From positions 81,220,001-81,284,000 of the forward strand of contig NC_073380.1 of NCBI RefSeq assembly GCF_028641065.1: a stretch of DNA of 64,000 nucleotides, in the 5' to 3' direction. The stretch comes from Leucoraja erinacea (Eukaryota). Positions 1-12,954 of the stretch are shown here, piece after piece; within the stretch, counting starts at the first letter, position 1; each line of letters opens with the position of its first letter. Both the position numbers and the translations under genes were made by a program. The notes below the pieces were generated by a model that did not search any database, was not told the DNA's origin, and saw only the letters and a program-made list of their open reading frames with translations.

Positions 1-559
1 GTTAACCAGAAAGAGGCTCCTGGAATTATGCCAGGTGCCTGAGTCTCCTCCCTTCCCCACACAAACTACTTGGCACTTAAACTTTCAGTATTATCTACTT
101 TAATTCTAAAATTTGTTATCTCTATATACGAGCTAGTCAGTCTTTTTTAGCACATTATTACATTTTGTCCATTATATAGTTCAGGTTAGTTTCCATTTAT
201 ATTTCTATATTAGCATTGATAATTATTGTTAATTCTCTATATTTTGTAAAGCTATTTTAAGATCTTAAACCGCTATTTGTCCTTGTGATGTTTTCCACAT
301 TCGGCTCTGCTGTTCGTCTCTGTGTTGCTTATCAGTCTTTCCTTCATTTTGAACAAAGAATGTCCTTGAGTTGAATTCCAAAGCGTCCAAAGGAGATGAG
401 GTGTCTAGACCAGCGCACATGGAAATGCTCTTCCATTTTAAACTTTTAGAGAATGGTGTTTCTTCCCTTATCTTCGGGTGTTCTCTGTGAAGTAATAAAA
501 GGAAATAATTTGTCCATATCATACCCTGCCTTGATTAAACGGAGGATTATTTGTTGTAT

Positions 560-870
560 GTGACGGCTGGTGGGGCGAATGGTGAGGACTAGGGGGCTCT
601 GCCCTTGTTGCGAGTGTGGGGATGGGGAGAGAGAGCAGTGTTGCGGGGTATGGAAGAGACCCTGGTGCGAGCCTCATCTATGGTGGAGGAGGGGAACCCC
701 CGTTCCCTGAAGAATGAGGACATTTCAGATGCCCTGGTGTGGAACGCCTCATCCTGGGAGTAGATGCGGAGTAGACGGAGGAATTGGGAGTAGGGGATGG
801 AGTCCTTATAGGAAGTAGGGTGGGAAGAAGTGTAGTCCAGATAGCCATGGGAGTCAGTGGGTTTATATGA
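560..870 (-). mobile_element. Penelope-like retroelement fragment (RT C-terminal region)
   Basis: YKPTDSHGYLDYTSSHP..KDSIPYSQFLRLLRI is typical of the Penelope RT thumb region. Confidence 0.75.
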
Positions 871-1315
871 TAGCCATGGGGAAATGATGTGGAGAGGATG
901 TTTCCACTCGTGGGTGAGTCTCGGACCAGAGGGTACAACCTCAGAATAAAATGGCGTACCTTTAGAAGGGAGATGAGGAGGAAATTCTTTAGTGGCCACA
1001 TATGTTTTCTCCGGGTACTCCAGTGGTGAATCTGCGGAATTCATTGCCACAGACGGCTGCGGAAGCCGTCATTGGATATTTTTAAAGCAGAGCTTGACAT
1101 ATTCTTGATTAGTAAGGGTGTCAAAGGTTATGCGGGAGAAGGCAGGAGAATGGTTTTGAGAAGGATAGATACATCCGCCATGATTGAATCATTTTCCGTG
1201 CTTGTTTCACATTTTGAACATCTGCGTTTACCTTAGACGGAGATTTGCATGCACCACACCTGTTAATTGTTTTTGAACAAGTTAAACGAGCACAATGGAT
1301 AACATTGGTATGTTG

Positions 1316-1354
1316 AGTTTATGTACTGGTTCCTCGTCGCTGTCGGCCACCGTG
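1316..1354 (-). other. 23-bp-spacer RSS of V1
   Basis: Heptamer CACGGTG (1348-1354), 23-nt spacer, nonamer ACATAAACT (1316-1324). Confidence 0.92.
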
Positions 1355-1818
1355 TTGCCAGTAAGCACAGTAATATGTACCAGCATCGTTCGCCCGGATG
1401 GTCTTCAAGATCAGAGTGCACGATTGAGTCTCAATAACTTTTTCAACAAATAACCTTTGGTCGGTCACGTCCTTCTGTTGGTCCGATGGCGTTTTAAAAT
1501 ACAGCAGCCGCTGCAGCCCTTCTCCCTGCCTCTGCCGGTACCAATGTATAACAGCTCCGCTGAACGCTATGTTTTTTACTTCACAGTGAAAGCGCACAGA
1601 TTTTGTGGCATCTTTGGTGATCGATAACTGGGACTGTATCAATGTTTGAGGCGCCGATTTACCTGCTGGGAAGGGGGGGGGGGGGGGAGAGAGAAAAGCA
1701 CAAAGTTATCGAACTATTTCATAAGGGGACAGCGAAAGGCTCATGAAAATTGGCGTTAACATTCATACTACTGACCGAGAAAGGAGATAAATAAAATGAC
1801 AGCCACGACCGGCTTCAT
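1355..1818 (-). CDS. TRGV: TCR gamma V segment V1 (family A): leader exon 1776-1818, intron 1663-1775, V exon 1355-1662
   Basis: Leader MKPVVAVILFISFL, donor G|GTCAGT, acceptor cag|GT. V exon reads ...VRFHCEV...VIHWYRQ...DAGTYYCAYWQ, open frame, and abuts a 23-RSS. Confidence 0.93.
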
Positions 1819-2328
1819 GTTGAGGAGTTGTAGGGTGATGGCGTTCAGCCAGGCGACTAAGATGCTGGCGTTTTGATCTCACAGCCGCCGCCGCTCCAGT
1901 CGAGTACTGACGCGAAAAACGCAGGTGATTAAAATGTGAAGTAAGCACGGAGAATGTTGGAGAGAGTCATAAGTTCATAGTTCACACAAGCTACCGGTTC
2001 CATTTGGTGCGATGATGTGTAGCCTCTCATTTACTATTGTGGCGCATCATTAAATGCCACTCCGGATCTCCACTCCCCCTCCCCACCACATGGCCCACGG
2101 AACCTAAACCAGCTGCTGCAGGTTTACCACCGCCCTTTGTGCAGGAGACCTCCAAAGACTTCCGATTCAACGAGAAAAAAGCATCATCCATGTCCTATAC
2201 AGTATACACTGTAGTACATACAAAATACCAATCGCAAGTGATAAAGTATTGGAGGGAATGACGGGCTAAAAGCGGATAATTAATGAGGAACAAGCAGACT
2301 GCATGTTGGGGGTTCAAAGGAGGTGACA

Positions 2329-2622
2329 AAGGATAAGGGGGAAATCTTTTAGGACCGAGATGAGGAAAACATTGTTCACATAGAGAGTGGTGAACCTCTG
2401 GAATTCTCTGCCACAGAAGGTAGTTGAGGCCAGTTCATTGGCTATATTTAAGAGGGAGTTAGATGTGGCCCTTGTGGCTAAAGGGATCGGGGGTATGGAG
2501 ATAAGGCATGTACGGGATACTGAGTTGGATGATCAGCCATGATCATATTGAATGGCTGTACAGGCTCGAAGGGCCGAATGGCCTACTCCTGCACCTATTT
2601 TCTATGTTTCTATGTTTCTATG
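2329..2622 (+). mobile_element. CR1 LINE 3' end
   Basis: FTxRVVNLWNSLP-coding tail, conserved 3'UTR and (TTTCTATG)n terminus. Confidence 0.85.
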
Positions 2623-2919
2623 ACTGCAGAGATGGCAAATCCATTGGTTGAAACATCTCATAAATTGATAAACTCTGGGTGGGTACCAGAAGATTAGGAA
2701 ACAGCAAATGTAACTCTTGTTCAAAAAACAAAAGTTGGGGAATTACGCCAGTTGGTTTAAGAGTTATTATTGGTAGGACGCTATAGAAAAATAGGACGCT
2801 ATAGAAAATAATCAAAAGAGAAAAATTGATAAATATTTGGTAATGCTGGCAGCTGAGTGTTGAGTAAGCAGAGGGGTCTAGGATTACATGCACATAACTC
2901 TAGGGCTGAGGGTTTGCCG

Positions 2920-5092
2920 TTTGGATTAATCTATCTCAATGATATTCTGGTGGCCAGCAGTTCGCAGACTGAACTCGTTAGGCATCTCCGCCTGCTCTTT
3001 GAATGGCTGCCTAAGCATGGGTTGGTGATCAACCCCGCGAAGTGCCGGTTTGGATTGCGCTCCATCTCCCTTTTAGGTCACAGGGTAACCTGCCAAGGCG
3101 CACAACCGCTGCCTGAGAAGGTCGACGCGATCCGTCATTTCCCGAGGCCACTATCCGTCAAGGGCTTGCAGGAATTCATCAGAATGGTCAATTTCTACCA
3201 TCGATTCGTCCTGTCAGCAGCCGCCATCATGCGGTCGTTGTTCCAATGTCTGGTGGGCAAGCACAATGATCTGGTTTGGTCCAAGAAGGCCGGTATAGCT
3301 TTCGAGGGGGCTACGAGCGCGCTGGCATGCTGGTACACCCGAGGGCATCTCACCATGGATGCATTGCACGCCCTCGAGCAGCGGGTAGGTAACAGTCGGC
3401 TGCCGCTGGTGTTTTACAGCAGGCAGCTGCCGGCCCCGGAGATCAAGTACAGCGCTTTCGATCGGGAGCTCCTCGCACTTTACCTAGCGATCCGACATTT
3501 CCGGTATTTCCTAGAGGGCCGCTCGTCCACCGCATTCACGGACCACAAGCCGCTCACGTTCGCCTTGAATAAGGTGTCCGACCCCTGGTCTGCCAGGCAA
3601 CAGCAGCACCTCGCCTTCATATCCGAATTCATGTTTGACATTCGGCATGTGGCGGGGAAGCTGAACATTGTAGCCGACCCGCTGTCCCGTCCGGCCTAGA
3701 TGTGGATTATGCGGAGCTGGCAGCGGCCTAGGATCTTTGGTCCAAAGGGCTGATGCCGGCATGGAGTTTTACCGCAATGCTGAATCGGATCTCAAGCTGA
3801 CTGAAGTGCCTTGCGGCGCCGCAGGCGTGCGAGTCATTTGCGATGTCTCAACGGGTAAACCCCACCCGATCGTCACGATTGCCTGGAGGCGTCGCATTTT
3901 CGACATCATCCACAGCCTAGGTCTCCCGTCCATCCATGCCACCTCTGCCCTGGTTGCTTCCAAGTTCGTCTGGCACGGGTTACGAAATCAGGTCGCAGCA
4001 TGGGCCCGCGCTTGTATCCCCTGTCAGACCTCCAGTCGGCAGGTTCCTGCACATCCATGTTGACCTGGTGGGTCCCTTGTCTTGTTCGCGTGGGGCCAAT
4101 CACATACTAACCATCGTAGGTAGGTTCACCGGGTGGGTGGAGGCGATACCGTTAACCGATAACTCCGCTTAGGCTTGTGCCCGCGCTATTGCCTCCAATT
4201 GGATCACTCATGTCGGAATTCCTTCAGATATCACTGCCGATCGTGCGGCCCAGTTCACGTCCTCCGTGTGGTGTGGTATGGCGTAGCTGTACGGCGCGAA
4301 GCTGCACCAGGCCATCGCGTATCATCCGGAGTCGAATGGTTTAGTCGAGCTGTTTCACAGACACCTTAAATCGGCGTTGAAGGCCCGGTTCACCAGCCCC
4401 GATTGGGTTGACCAGTTGCCCTGGGTTCTCCTAGACATCAGAACTATGCCAAAGGAAGATCTCGACGCCTCCTTGGCCGAGCTGGTTTATGGCTCGGTTT
4501 TGCGGGTACCTGGGGATTTTCTGCCCGCCACTCGCGATCAGGAGGTCCCGGCTTCGCCGGTCTAGTTGACCTTCGCGTTGGTCCAGGTTCCCACCTCCCG
4601 ACATGGGTGGCCCGCGGTGCATGTGCCTACTATGTTACGGGATTGTGCTTATGTTTTCCTTCATAGGGATGCTCACCGCTCGCCGTTACAGCGGGTGTAT
4701 GAAGGACCGTACAAGGTGGAAGAGACTGGTTCCTCGACGTTCACGTTGGACATGGGTAGCAGGGAGGATTTCGGCTCCGTCAGCTGCCTTAAGCAGCCTG
4801 CATCGACGAGGATAGCCCGGTGGCTGTGACCGCTCCACTGCGTTGGTGGCGTCTGCCAGACGTTTTTCCGCCCTCTGCACCTGTTACCCCTGGTTATGTT
4901 TCACCGGTCCCCTCTGTTACCCCCGTCCCTCGTTCGCATTTGTCGCGTCTCTCCGGTTCTGTTTTGCCGGCCCCAAATGTTACGCTCGCCTCGCGACCTC
5001 GAACTACGTGTTTCGGTCGAACCGTCCGGTTACCCCTGCATTTCCGTACCGCGGATTTGGGGGGGTGGGGGGGGGGGGGGGGCATGTAGCGG
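2920..5092 (+). mobile_element. Ty3/Gypsy LTR retrotransposon pol remnant (RT, RNase H, integrase) ending at the PPT
   Basis: YLNDIL, YSAFDRELLALYLAIRHFR, TDHKPL, HIHVDLVGPL and EGPYKV motifs, with stops and frameshifts. A G-rich PPT is followed by TGTAG. Confidence 0.9.
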
Positions 5093-6690
5093 TTGGTTCT
5101 CGACAAATGCTGACTTTAACCGGTCGATGGATACGATGTCAGTTTTTCCGTTCCAACAGATCACAAAACTTTTGGGTAACATTTGGATAACTTGGTAAGG
5201 GCCATCGAATGCGTGCTGAAGAGGTTGGTGGATGGGGTCATGTTGGACCAAAACGTGTGTGCAGCGTTGGAGGTCAGCAGGCACGTAGACCATTGTGGGT
5301 GTTCACCATGTCACAGTTGCCCTGAGTAGCTGCAAAGTTTGCCTAATTGATCGACATATCTGCTTGGGTCATAGGACCTGCCTGTGGAATTTGCATCGAC
5401 AAATTCGCCAGGCAGCTTCAGAGTTGTGCTATAATCCATTTCTGCCAACGAACATCTTAGGTCTGCTTTCACCGCCGTACGAATGCCAAGCAGAACCAGA
5501 GGCAACCGTTCACTCCAGTTTGACGTTTCTCCTCCGGCTGCCAGGGCGGCTTTCAGCTGGAGCCATTCAATTAGGCCATTCGTTTGTGGATGATACGCAG
5601 TCGTTCGAATTCGGTTCCTCCCCAAGAGGTTGGTTAGTGTTTGAAACAGTGCAGACTCGGATTGCGGTCCTCGGTCTGTTGTGTTCGTACTTGGTACCCC
5701 AAAGTCCGAAATCCATCGGTCAACAAAAGCGCGGGATATTGCTTCCACTGAAATGTTGATGACTGGGATAGCATCTTGCCATCTTGTGATTATCTACTGA
5801 CTTGGCTTCACAAGTGAGCGGATATGTGTGGCTTCTTGATGGTGGGAGTGGGCCGCCCTAGGTACAGGAAACTCACAGAAAGGGGTCCTAGTTCTGGAGT
5901 GCCTGGAGTTCTCGGATTGTTGACCTGGTAGACAAGTCTTCGCCTATAATCCAACGTCACCAACGTCGGGCATTAATCCACCTGCATAGAAATGTGTGAA
6001 AGAAAATCCGCTCCGATAATGGGGTTTGACACGACTGCGACTATCGTTTTCTGCAGTCGAGCATGACTGATTTCTGACCAAATGTCTGTATGCTAGAATT
6101 GTTTGCATCAGGGTTAGGGTGAACACGCTCTTGGGAATTGGGAGGAACGACTGATAACTCGGCGCCGGAGGCGATGAGATAGTGCATACCCGAAAGGCGG
6201 TCACTGAGAAAAAGGCGGTGGCAAGTTTGCCCACGAGCAGCTGTCACCTCTACTGCCGGGCCTCGTCGTTTCCCGGGTGTTGATATTTGTAGAAGGAGCA
6301 AGGAGGTTGACACGACCGGGCCGCTGCAACATATTTCCGGTGTTTCCAGCAAATGCGTTGGGCGTCGCCTCGGCCCCGTCCCTGACCCCCAAGGTTTGCG
6401 TTAAACCTGAAACGGGGATGGTTCTGCTGGGCTGCCAAAGCCTCGAGTTGCGCAGTGAGCGCTTCAATGTGCTGTTCCTGCTGTGCATTTTCTGGCTTTA
6501 CTGTTGTTGCATTAACCACAGTCACCTGCAGTGCAGTGGTTGGCTCCATGACAATGTCGGCCTGTTTTGTGAGCTCATCTACGCTGGCCGATTGAAACAT
6601 ATCTATCAGGTGCCCCTATACCTGAGTAGGCATCAGGCACGTGCCGTGAATAAATAGTCAGGATAGGCATTCAGTATCGGCTCTCAAAAA
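5093..6690 (-). mobile_element. Second Gypsy remnant (gag, protease and integrase pieces)
   Basis: CWKHRKY..AARSCQPPC (gag), YLIASGAELSVVP (degenerate protease), TTDRGPQ..TTAYHPQTNG (integrase) and DGPYQV. Confidence 0.85.
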
Positions 6691-6974
6691 AAATCTTGAA
6701 AAACTGCGCATGCGCAGATTGTTCTCTCAACTTTTATAAAGTAACTAGACTAAGTGGGACCCGTTGGGTCCCATGTTCACACGGGTGGGCTGGTCCCCCG
6801 GCGCAATATTCCACCTCCACCAATTCCAATATTAGTGGACAGTGGGGGGGTGCTTCCTGGAGTGCTGGTATGGGTTCTTGGGGTGGCAGCTCAGTTCCTC
6901 AAGCCTGATCTGCTGGCAGCTCACTCACGGCTGGTGGGCTGGCAGTTGACTCATGACTATTTCTTGAAATTCCT

Positions 6975-8740
6975 TTTCAAGCAGGGTGCAAGACCACCAA
7001 ATTCAAATCCATGTTCCTTCCATTTCAAGCTGAATCCAAGGCCACAAAATTCAAGTGCAGTTTCCTACCACTTCAAGCAGGGTGCAAGGCCACCGAATTC
7101 AAGTGCAGTTTCAAACCACTTCAAGCTTGATCCAAGGCCACCAAATTCAATGACTATCGACTAGTGGCACTAATGCCGGTGGTGATGAAGTGCTTTGAGA
7201 GGTTGATCACGGAGCAAATCAACTCCTACCTCGACAAAAACCTGGACCCACTGCAGTTCGCTTACCGCCACAACAGATCAACGGTGGATGCGATCTCACT
7301 GGCCCTCCACTCCGCTCTGGACCACTTGGACAACAAAAACTCATATGTCAGGCTGTTATTCATCAGCTAAAGCTCGGTATTTAACACAATCATCCCCTCC
7401 AAGCTGGTTACCAAATTCGCAGAACTGGGTCTCTGCACATCCCTCTGCAATTGGATCCTCAACTTCCTCATTCACAGACCACAGTCTGTTCGTATTGGTG
7501 GAAATGTGTCAGCCTCAATAACAATCAGCACGGGAGCACCTCCAGGCTGCGTGCTCAGCCCCCTGCTGTACTCACTCTATACTCATTACTGCGTAGCCAG
7601 TCACAGTGCCAACTCCATCAGCAAGTTTGCTGATGACACCACTGTTGTGGGATGTTTCACTGATGGGGATGAGTCAGAGTATAGAAGAGAGATCGAGAAA
7701 CTGTTCATATGGTGCCAGCGCAATAACCTGGCCCTCAACACCAGCAAAACCAAGGAACTGATTGTGGAATTTGGAAGGAGTAGGAGGGGGACCCACAGGC
7801 CTATTCATATCAATGGGTCGATAGTTGAAACGGTCAAAAGCTTCAAATTCCTGGGCGTGCACATCTCTGAAGATCTTTCCTGGTCCGAGAACATTAATGC
7901 AATTATCAAGAAAGCTCATCAGCCCCTCTACTTCCTGAGATGATAACAGACAGTTGGTTTGTCAAGGAAGACTCTCTCTAACTTATACAGGTGCACAGTA
8001 GAGAGCATGCTGACCGGTTGCATCATGGCTTGGTTTGGCAATTTGAGCGCCCTGGAGAGGAAAAGACTACACAAAGTAGTAAACACTGCCCAGTCCATCA
8101 TCGGCTCTGACCTTCCTTCCATCGAGGGGATTTATCGCAGTCGCTGCCTCAAAAAGGCTGGTAGTATCATCAAAGACCCACACCATCCTGGCCACACACT
8201 CATCTCCCTGCTACCTTCAGGTAGAAGGTACAGGAGCCTGAAGACTGCAACAACCAGGTTCAGGAGTAGCTACTTCCCCACAGCCATTAGGCTATTAAAC
8301 CTGGCTCGGACAAAACTCTGATTATTAATATCCATTTTCTGTTATTTGCACTTTATCAGTTTATTTATTCATGTGTGTATATATTTATATTATGGTATAT
8401 AGACACACTTATCTGTTTTGTAGTAAATGCCTACTATGTTCTGTGTGCTGAAGCAAAGCAAGAATTTCATTGTCCTATACAAGGACACATGACAATAAAC
8501 TCACTTGAACTTGAACAAGTGCAGTTTCATATTACTTTCAGCAGGGTGCAAGGCCACCAAATTCAGTGCAGTTTCATACCACTTCAAGCAGGAGGCAAGG
8601 CCGCAAAATTCAAGTGCAGTTTCATTCCACTTCAATCAGGGTGCAAGGCCACCAAATTCAAGTGCAGTTTAATTCCATTCCAAGCAGGGTGCAAGGCCAC
8701 CAAATTCAAATGCAGCTTCATACCATTTCATGCAGGGTGA
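6975..8740. repeat. About 48-bp tandem repeat array split by a LINE (parts 6975-7150 and 8515-8740)
   Basis: Unit ttcaagcagggtgcaaggccaccaaattcaagtgcagtttcataccac on both sides of the insertion. Confidence 0.85.
7151..8514 (+). mobile_element. 5'-truncated Rex1/Babar-type LINE (RT C-terminal half)
   Basis: [35 protein letters not shown] and LLPSGRRYR motifs with in-frame stops; (CTTGAA)n tail. Confidence 0.85.
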
Positions 8741-9104
8741 AACCACCATAAAACCACACAAAACACGAAACTCACAGTTCAGTGTGTTCAGTTGATTCAC
8801 AGCTCAGACAGAGTCGTGACCCCTCCCTCCCCCATCATGCAGAGACTGAGCCACACCCACACTTCCGGGTTTTATAACCCCTCCCCCTCCCACCAGAAAA
8901 GGTGTGGCTTTAATGGCGTGATTGACAGGACAGAGATTCTCAACAATTTTTAAACACTAAAAACACTTTTTTTTTTCATTGATGAGAAGAATTCTCTGCA
9001 CCTGCTCAGTGGAGTGGGGACTGAGTAAGATGGCCAAAAATCACAGCCGTAAGTGGTAGCGTTTTTTCTCAAATCAATATACAGTGCAAACAGGAAATAC
9101 GTGC

Positions 9105-9710
9105 ATTTGTAGTGCCTTTTAACTTCAAGCCAAAGCACCCAAGCCGCCATTTGCAGTAAGTAGTGCCTTTCAACTTCAAACCAAAGCACCCAAGCCACCG
9201 TTTGCAGTAAGTAATGCCTTTCAACTTCAAGCTAAAGCTTCCAAGCCACCATTTGCAGTAACTAGTGCCTTTCAACTGCATGCCACCATGTGCAGTAAGT
9301 AGTGCCTTTCAACTTCAAACCAAAGTTCCCAAACTACCGTTTGCAGTAAGTAGTGCCTTTCAACTTCAAGCCAAAGCTCCCAAGCCACCATTTGCAGTAA
9401 GTAGCGCCTTTCAACTTCAGGCCAAAGCACCCGCCACCATTTGCAGTAAGTAGTGCCTTTCAACTTCAAGCCAAAGCACCCAAGCCACCATTTGCAGTAG
9501 GTAGTGCCTTTCAACTTCATGGCAACATTTGAAGTAAGTAGTGCCTTTCAACTTCAAATCAAAGCACCCAAGCGACCATTTGCAGTAAGTAGTGCCTTTC
9601 AATTTCAAGCCAAAGCACCCAAGCCACCATTTGCAGTAAGTAGTGCCTTTCAACTTCATGCCACCATTTGCAGTAGGTAGTGCCTTACAACTTCAAGCCA
9701 ATGCACCCGC
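9105..9710. repeat. 51-bp minisatellite (about a dozen units, some truncated)
   Basis: Unit aagtagtgcctttcaacttcaagccaaagcacccaagccaccatttgcagt; explains the 17-aa repeat ORFs. Confidence 0.92.
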
Positions 9711-9764
9711 CAAGAAACTTGCGCTGCACATGCACGTTGCCCACGGTTTAACATATGTCAGCAC

Positions 9765-10414
9765 TCATAGCAAAAGGATTTGAGTATTGAGAAAAGATTT
9801 GATTTGAGGTTCTACTACAGTTGTACAGGGTCATGGTGAGACCACACCTGGAGTATTGCGTACAGGTTTGGTCTCCTAATCTGAGGAAAGACATTCTTGC
9901 CATAGAGGGAGTACAGAGAAGGTTCACCAGACTGATTCCTGGGATGGCAGGACTTTCATATGAAGAAAGACAGGATAGACTCGGCTTGTACTCGCTAGAA
10001 TTTAGAAGATTGAAGGGGGATCTTATAGAAACTTACAAAATTCTAAAGCGGTTGGACAGGCTAGATGCAGGAAGATTGTTCCCAATGTTGAGGAGGTCCA
10101 GAACAAGGGGTCACAGTTTAAGGATAAGGGGTAAATCTTTTCGGACCGAGATGAGAAAAACATTTTTCACTCAGAGAGTGGTGAATCTGTGGAATTCTCT
10201 GCCACAGAAGGTAATTGAGGCCAGTTAATTTGCTATATTTAAGAGGGTGTTAGTTGTGGTCCTTGTGGCTAAGGGGATCAGGGGGCATGGAGAGAAGGCA
10301 GGTACAGGATACCGAGTTGGATGATCAGCCATGATCATATTGAATGGCTGTGCAGGCTCGAAGGGCCGAATGGCCTACTCCTGCACCTATTTTCTATGTT
10401 TCTACGTTTCTATG
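9765..10414 (+). mobile_element. CR1 LINE 3' fragment
   Basis: VRPHLEYCVQVWSP...LRxDLIETYK...RVVNLWNSLP and (TTTCTATG)n tail. Confidence 0.9.
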
Positions 10415-10629
10415 TAAAGGCCGAATTTCAGCTGCCTTTATAGACCGTTGACACCGATGGCTTGAAGCAGCGTCGATGGCACGTGAGTAGCATATACTTC
10501 CATGTTTTAAATGTAGTGCGGATGAAAGGCACGGGAGATCGATCTCTTAGGTAAACATAATTCTCCCGCGCCTTTACTATTTATATTTAATAATTACCGT
10601 TTTATAATTTTATTCAGGGTAGGCACTGC

Positions 10630-11416
10630 TTACCCTGCCTACCCTGACGGCACGTGCCTGGTAGGCATGCAGTGGAGAAACTTCTGTTTCCAGACATCGC
10701 CGTCAATCTTTTTGTTTACCTCCAGCCTGTGCCATCTCTGCAGCATTTGTAATGGCCTCCTATCGCCGAGATTATCATCTCCTAGCAGCTCCAAAATGTG
10801 GGCTTGCTTCGAGGGCTGCGTTCGCTCCAAAATAGCGGATGTAAGCACGTTGTCTGGCATCATTTCTTCAGGATTAAGGAGCACGTCCTCTACTTCCCAT
10901 GCCATCTGCTCTGGAAGACGAGCTACTAGGCACCTGAATTTCGTCCGTTGGCTCGTGACATTGAGGGAGTGTAATCGAGCTTCTGGTCAATACTAGTCAA
11001 AGCACGCCCCTGCGCTGGTTGTAAAACGATTTGGGACATCGAGTTTTACTTCGTCGGCTGGCACTGTGTCACTTTCATCGTCATACATTTTGTGAGTAAG
11101 TGGAAGGTTGCGTGTAGCAATGCGGTCACCAGTTGTAGGATCTACTGAATCTCACGACAGAAAGCAAGGAACAAATGGCACATAGCTGAGCCAGACACAA
11201 GGTGTCACGTTTATTCCAGAAGCCCCTTTTACCTACATTCTCACCAATCATAACCCGTGTGCAGATAAGGCCAATTAGTGCATCTGACTTTGGAGTTATT
11301 ATTGAGCTCGCTCTTGTGGCTGGACCTTCTCGTGAGGCAGATGGCGAGTCGCCAGTGGTGACAGGCTGTATGCAAAACCATCGTGGGTTTGAAGGCGTCA
11401 CAGTAGTCCTGTAACA
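10630..11416 (-). mobile_element. Gypsy 5' remnant: LTR (about 11134-11416), PBS and gag
   Basis: LTR ends TCCTACA, followed by a TGGTGACC PBS and gag motif LGDRRP.QML. Confidence 0.65.
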
Positions 11417-12954
11417 TAAATGTCAATTTTCATTTCCTGGTCCATGCCTGAATTTTGATTACATATTGGTGTTGCAAGTAAATGATTCTTCATTTGCTGA
11501 GTAGTTGTGAATGGAGCTGGATATTTTGTAATCATCAACAAACATCAGACCTCATGAAATCTTGGCATTGTACAGCATAGAAATGGGTCTTCTCCTGACA
11601 GACAATGCTGAATGTAACGACTAGCTAAGCTAACCCCATCTGCTTATATTAGAACTGTATCTCATGAAGCAATTGAAGATGCCTAGGAAGAAACTCTTGC
11701 AGTGATTTTCTGTGTCTGAAATGATTAACCACCAACATCCTCATGCATCAACCCTAGTATGAGTTATGGCAGCAGTCCTTGGAGGGATTTCCCTTTGATG
11801 CCTAATAAGTTCGGCTTTACCAGAGGTCCTATGTGGATACAGTCAACCATGTTCTGCATTGAGATCAAGAACAATCACTCCCACCTAAGCTCTGGAATTC
11901 AGCACCCTGATATGTGTATGGACCAAGGCTGCAAAGAGGTCTAGGGCCAGTGGTCCTCATGAAATCAAAACTGAGATTTGGCAAGCAAGTTGATGGTGAG
12001 TTCTATTTAAAGGCCTTGTGACGACATCCTCCACCACTTAGCTAATGATTGAGGCTGTTCTGATTGCGTGGCATTGGTCATTTGGATTGCTCTGCTGTAT
12101 CTTCATCATTGACCATCAGATTAGCTGGTCAATTTGCCATCTGATAGAACCAATGGCAGCAGCTACCTATACTGGAACAGCTTGTGTCGAGAATCAGCCA
12201 AGGTGCAGGGCAACTGTACTACTGATTTGTTTTTCTGGTCTCAAAGCCTCTGCTGAACCCAATGCCCTCACTCATTTCTTGTTGCACATGAGAAATTTAA
12301 GATTAAGATTAATATTTCATGTACCTGCAGGTTGGCCAGGTCAGCGTGGTGGGTTCCAATCACATTTCCTTGAGAGTGCCCTATACCAAATATCCCAGGT
12401 CACCCATGCAAGATCCCAGTCAAACTTGCAGAGACATAACTCATAGGTAAAGTGTTAGATTTCTCTAACACATTCTTTGGATATGATATGCCCCACTTGT
12501 ACAATGGTGTGAAGGTGATAGTCCTCGTCTATGCATGTATCACGGGGTACAGATACAATGAGAATCATGCTTGCAACAGCATGATGTTGGCTGAGTATAC
12601 AGTATGTGCACAGGTGCGTACACTCAGACAACACACACAAGGTAAATTATACTTAAATTATACGTAAATTTTGCAAGACAATAAAAAATATATTAAAAAA
12701 TAAGACATTAGTGCAAAACAATTAGACAACAAGTCCATGGTATATCAAGAGGTGGCCTGGAATGTTAACAAGGAAGGAATATGGTTGTGCAACTTGGTTC
12801 AAGAACCTGGTAGGAGAGTAGTCTCCCTTAACCAGGTGGTGTGCGCTCTTCCTGGCTGACAAACCAGAGACTCGACCCTGCCTTGATGAGAAGGGCATGT
12901 TGGGAGAAACACCAGATTTATCTATTATTGACGAGACTGCCCAAACAAGTAAGT

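Larger units (their letters stand above)
6745..9710 (-). mobile_element. Non-autonomous Helitron-like element carrying two minisatellites, interrupted by a LINE
   Basis: Minus-strand 3' end: hairpin GGGACCCaacGGGTCCC, 7 nt, then CTAG|T. 8790-9080 is similar to 18680-18940, which ends in a TC-starting Helitron-type 5' end. Confidence 0.6.

Noticed and set aside
9069-9659. ORFs with 17-aa Cys/Trp repeats, and a CRISPR-like look to the array
   Set aside because: These are translations of a 51-bp minisatellite. There are no unique spacers or cas genes, and the context is vertebrate.
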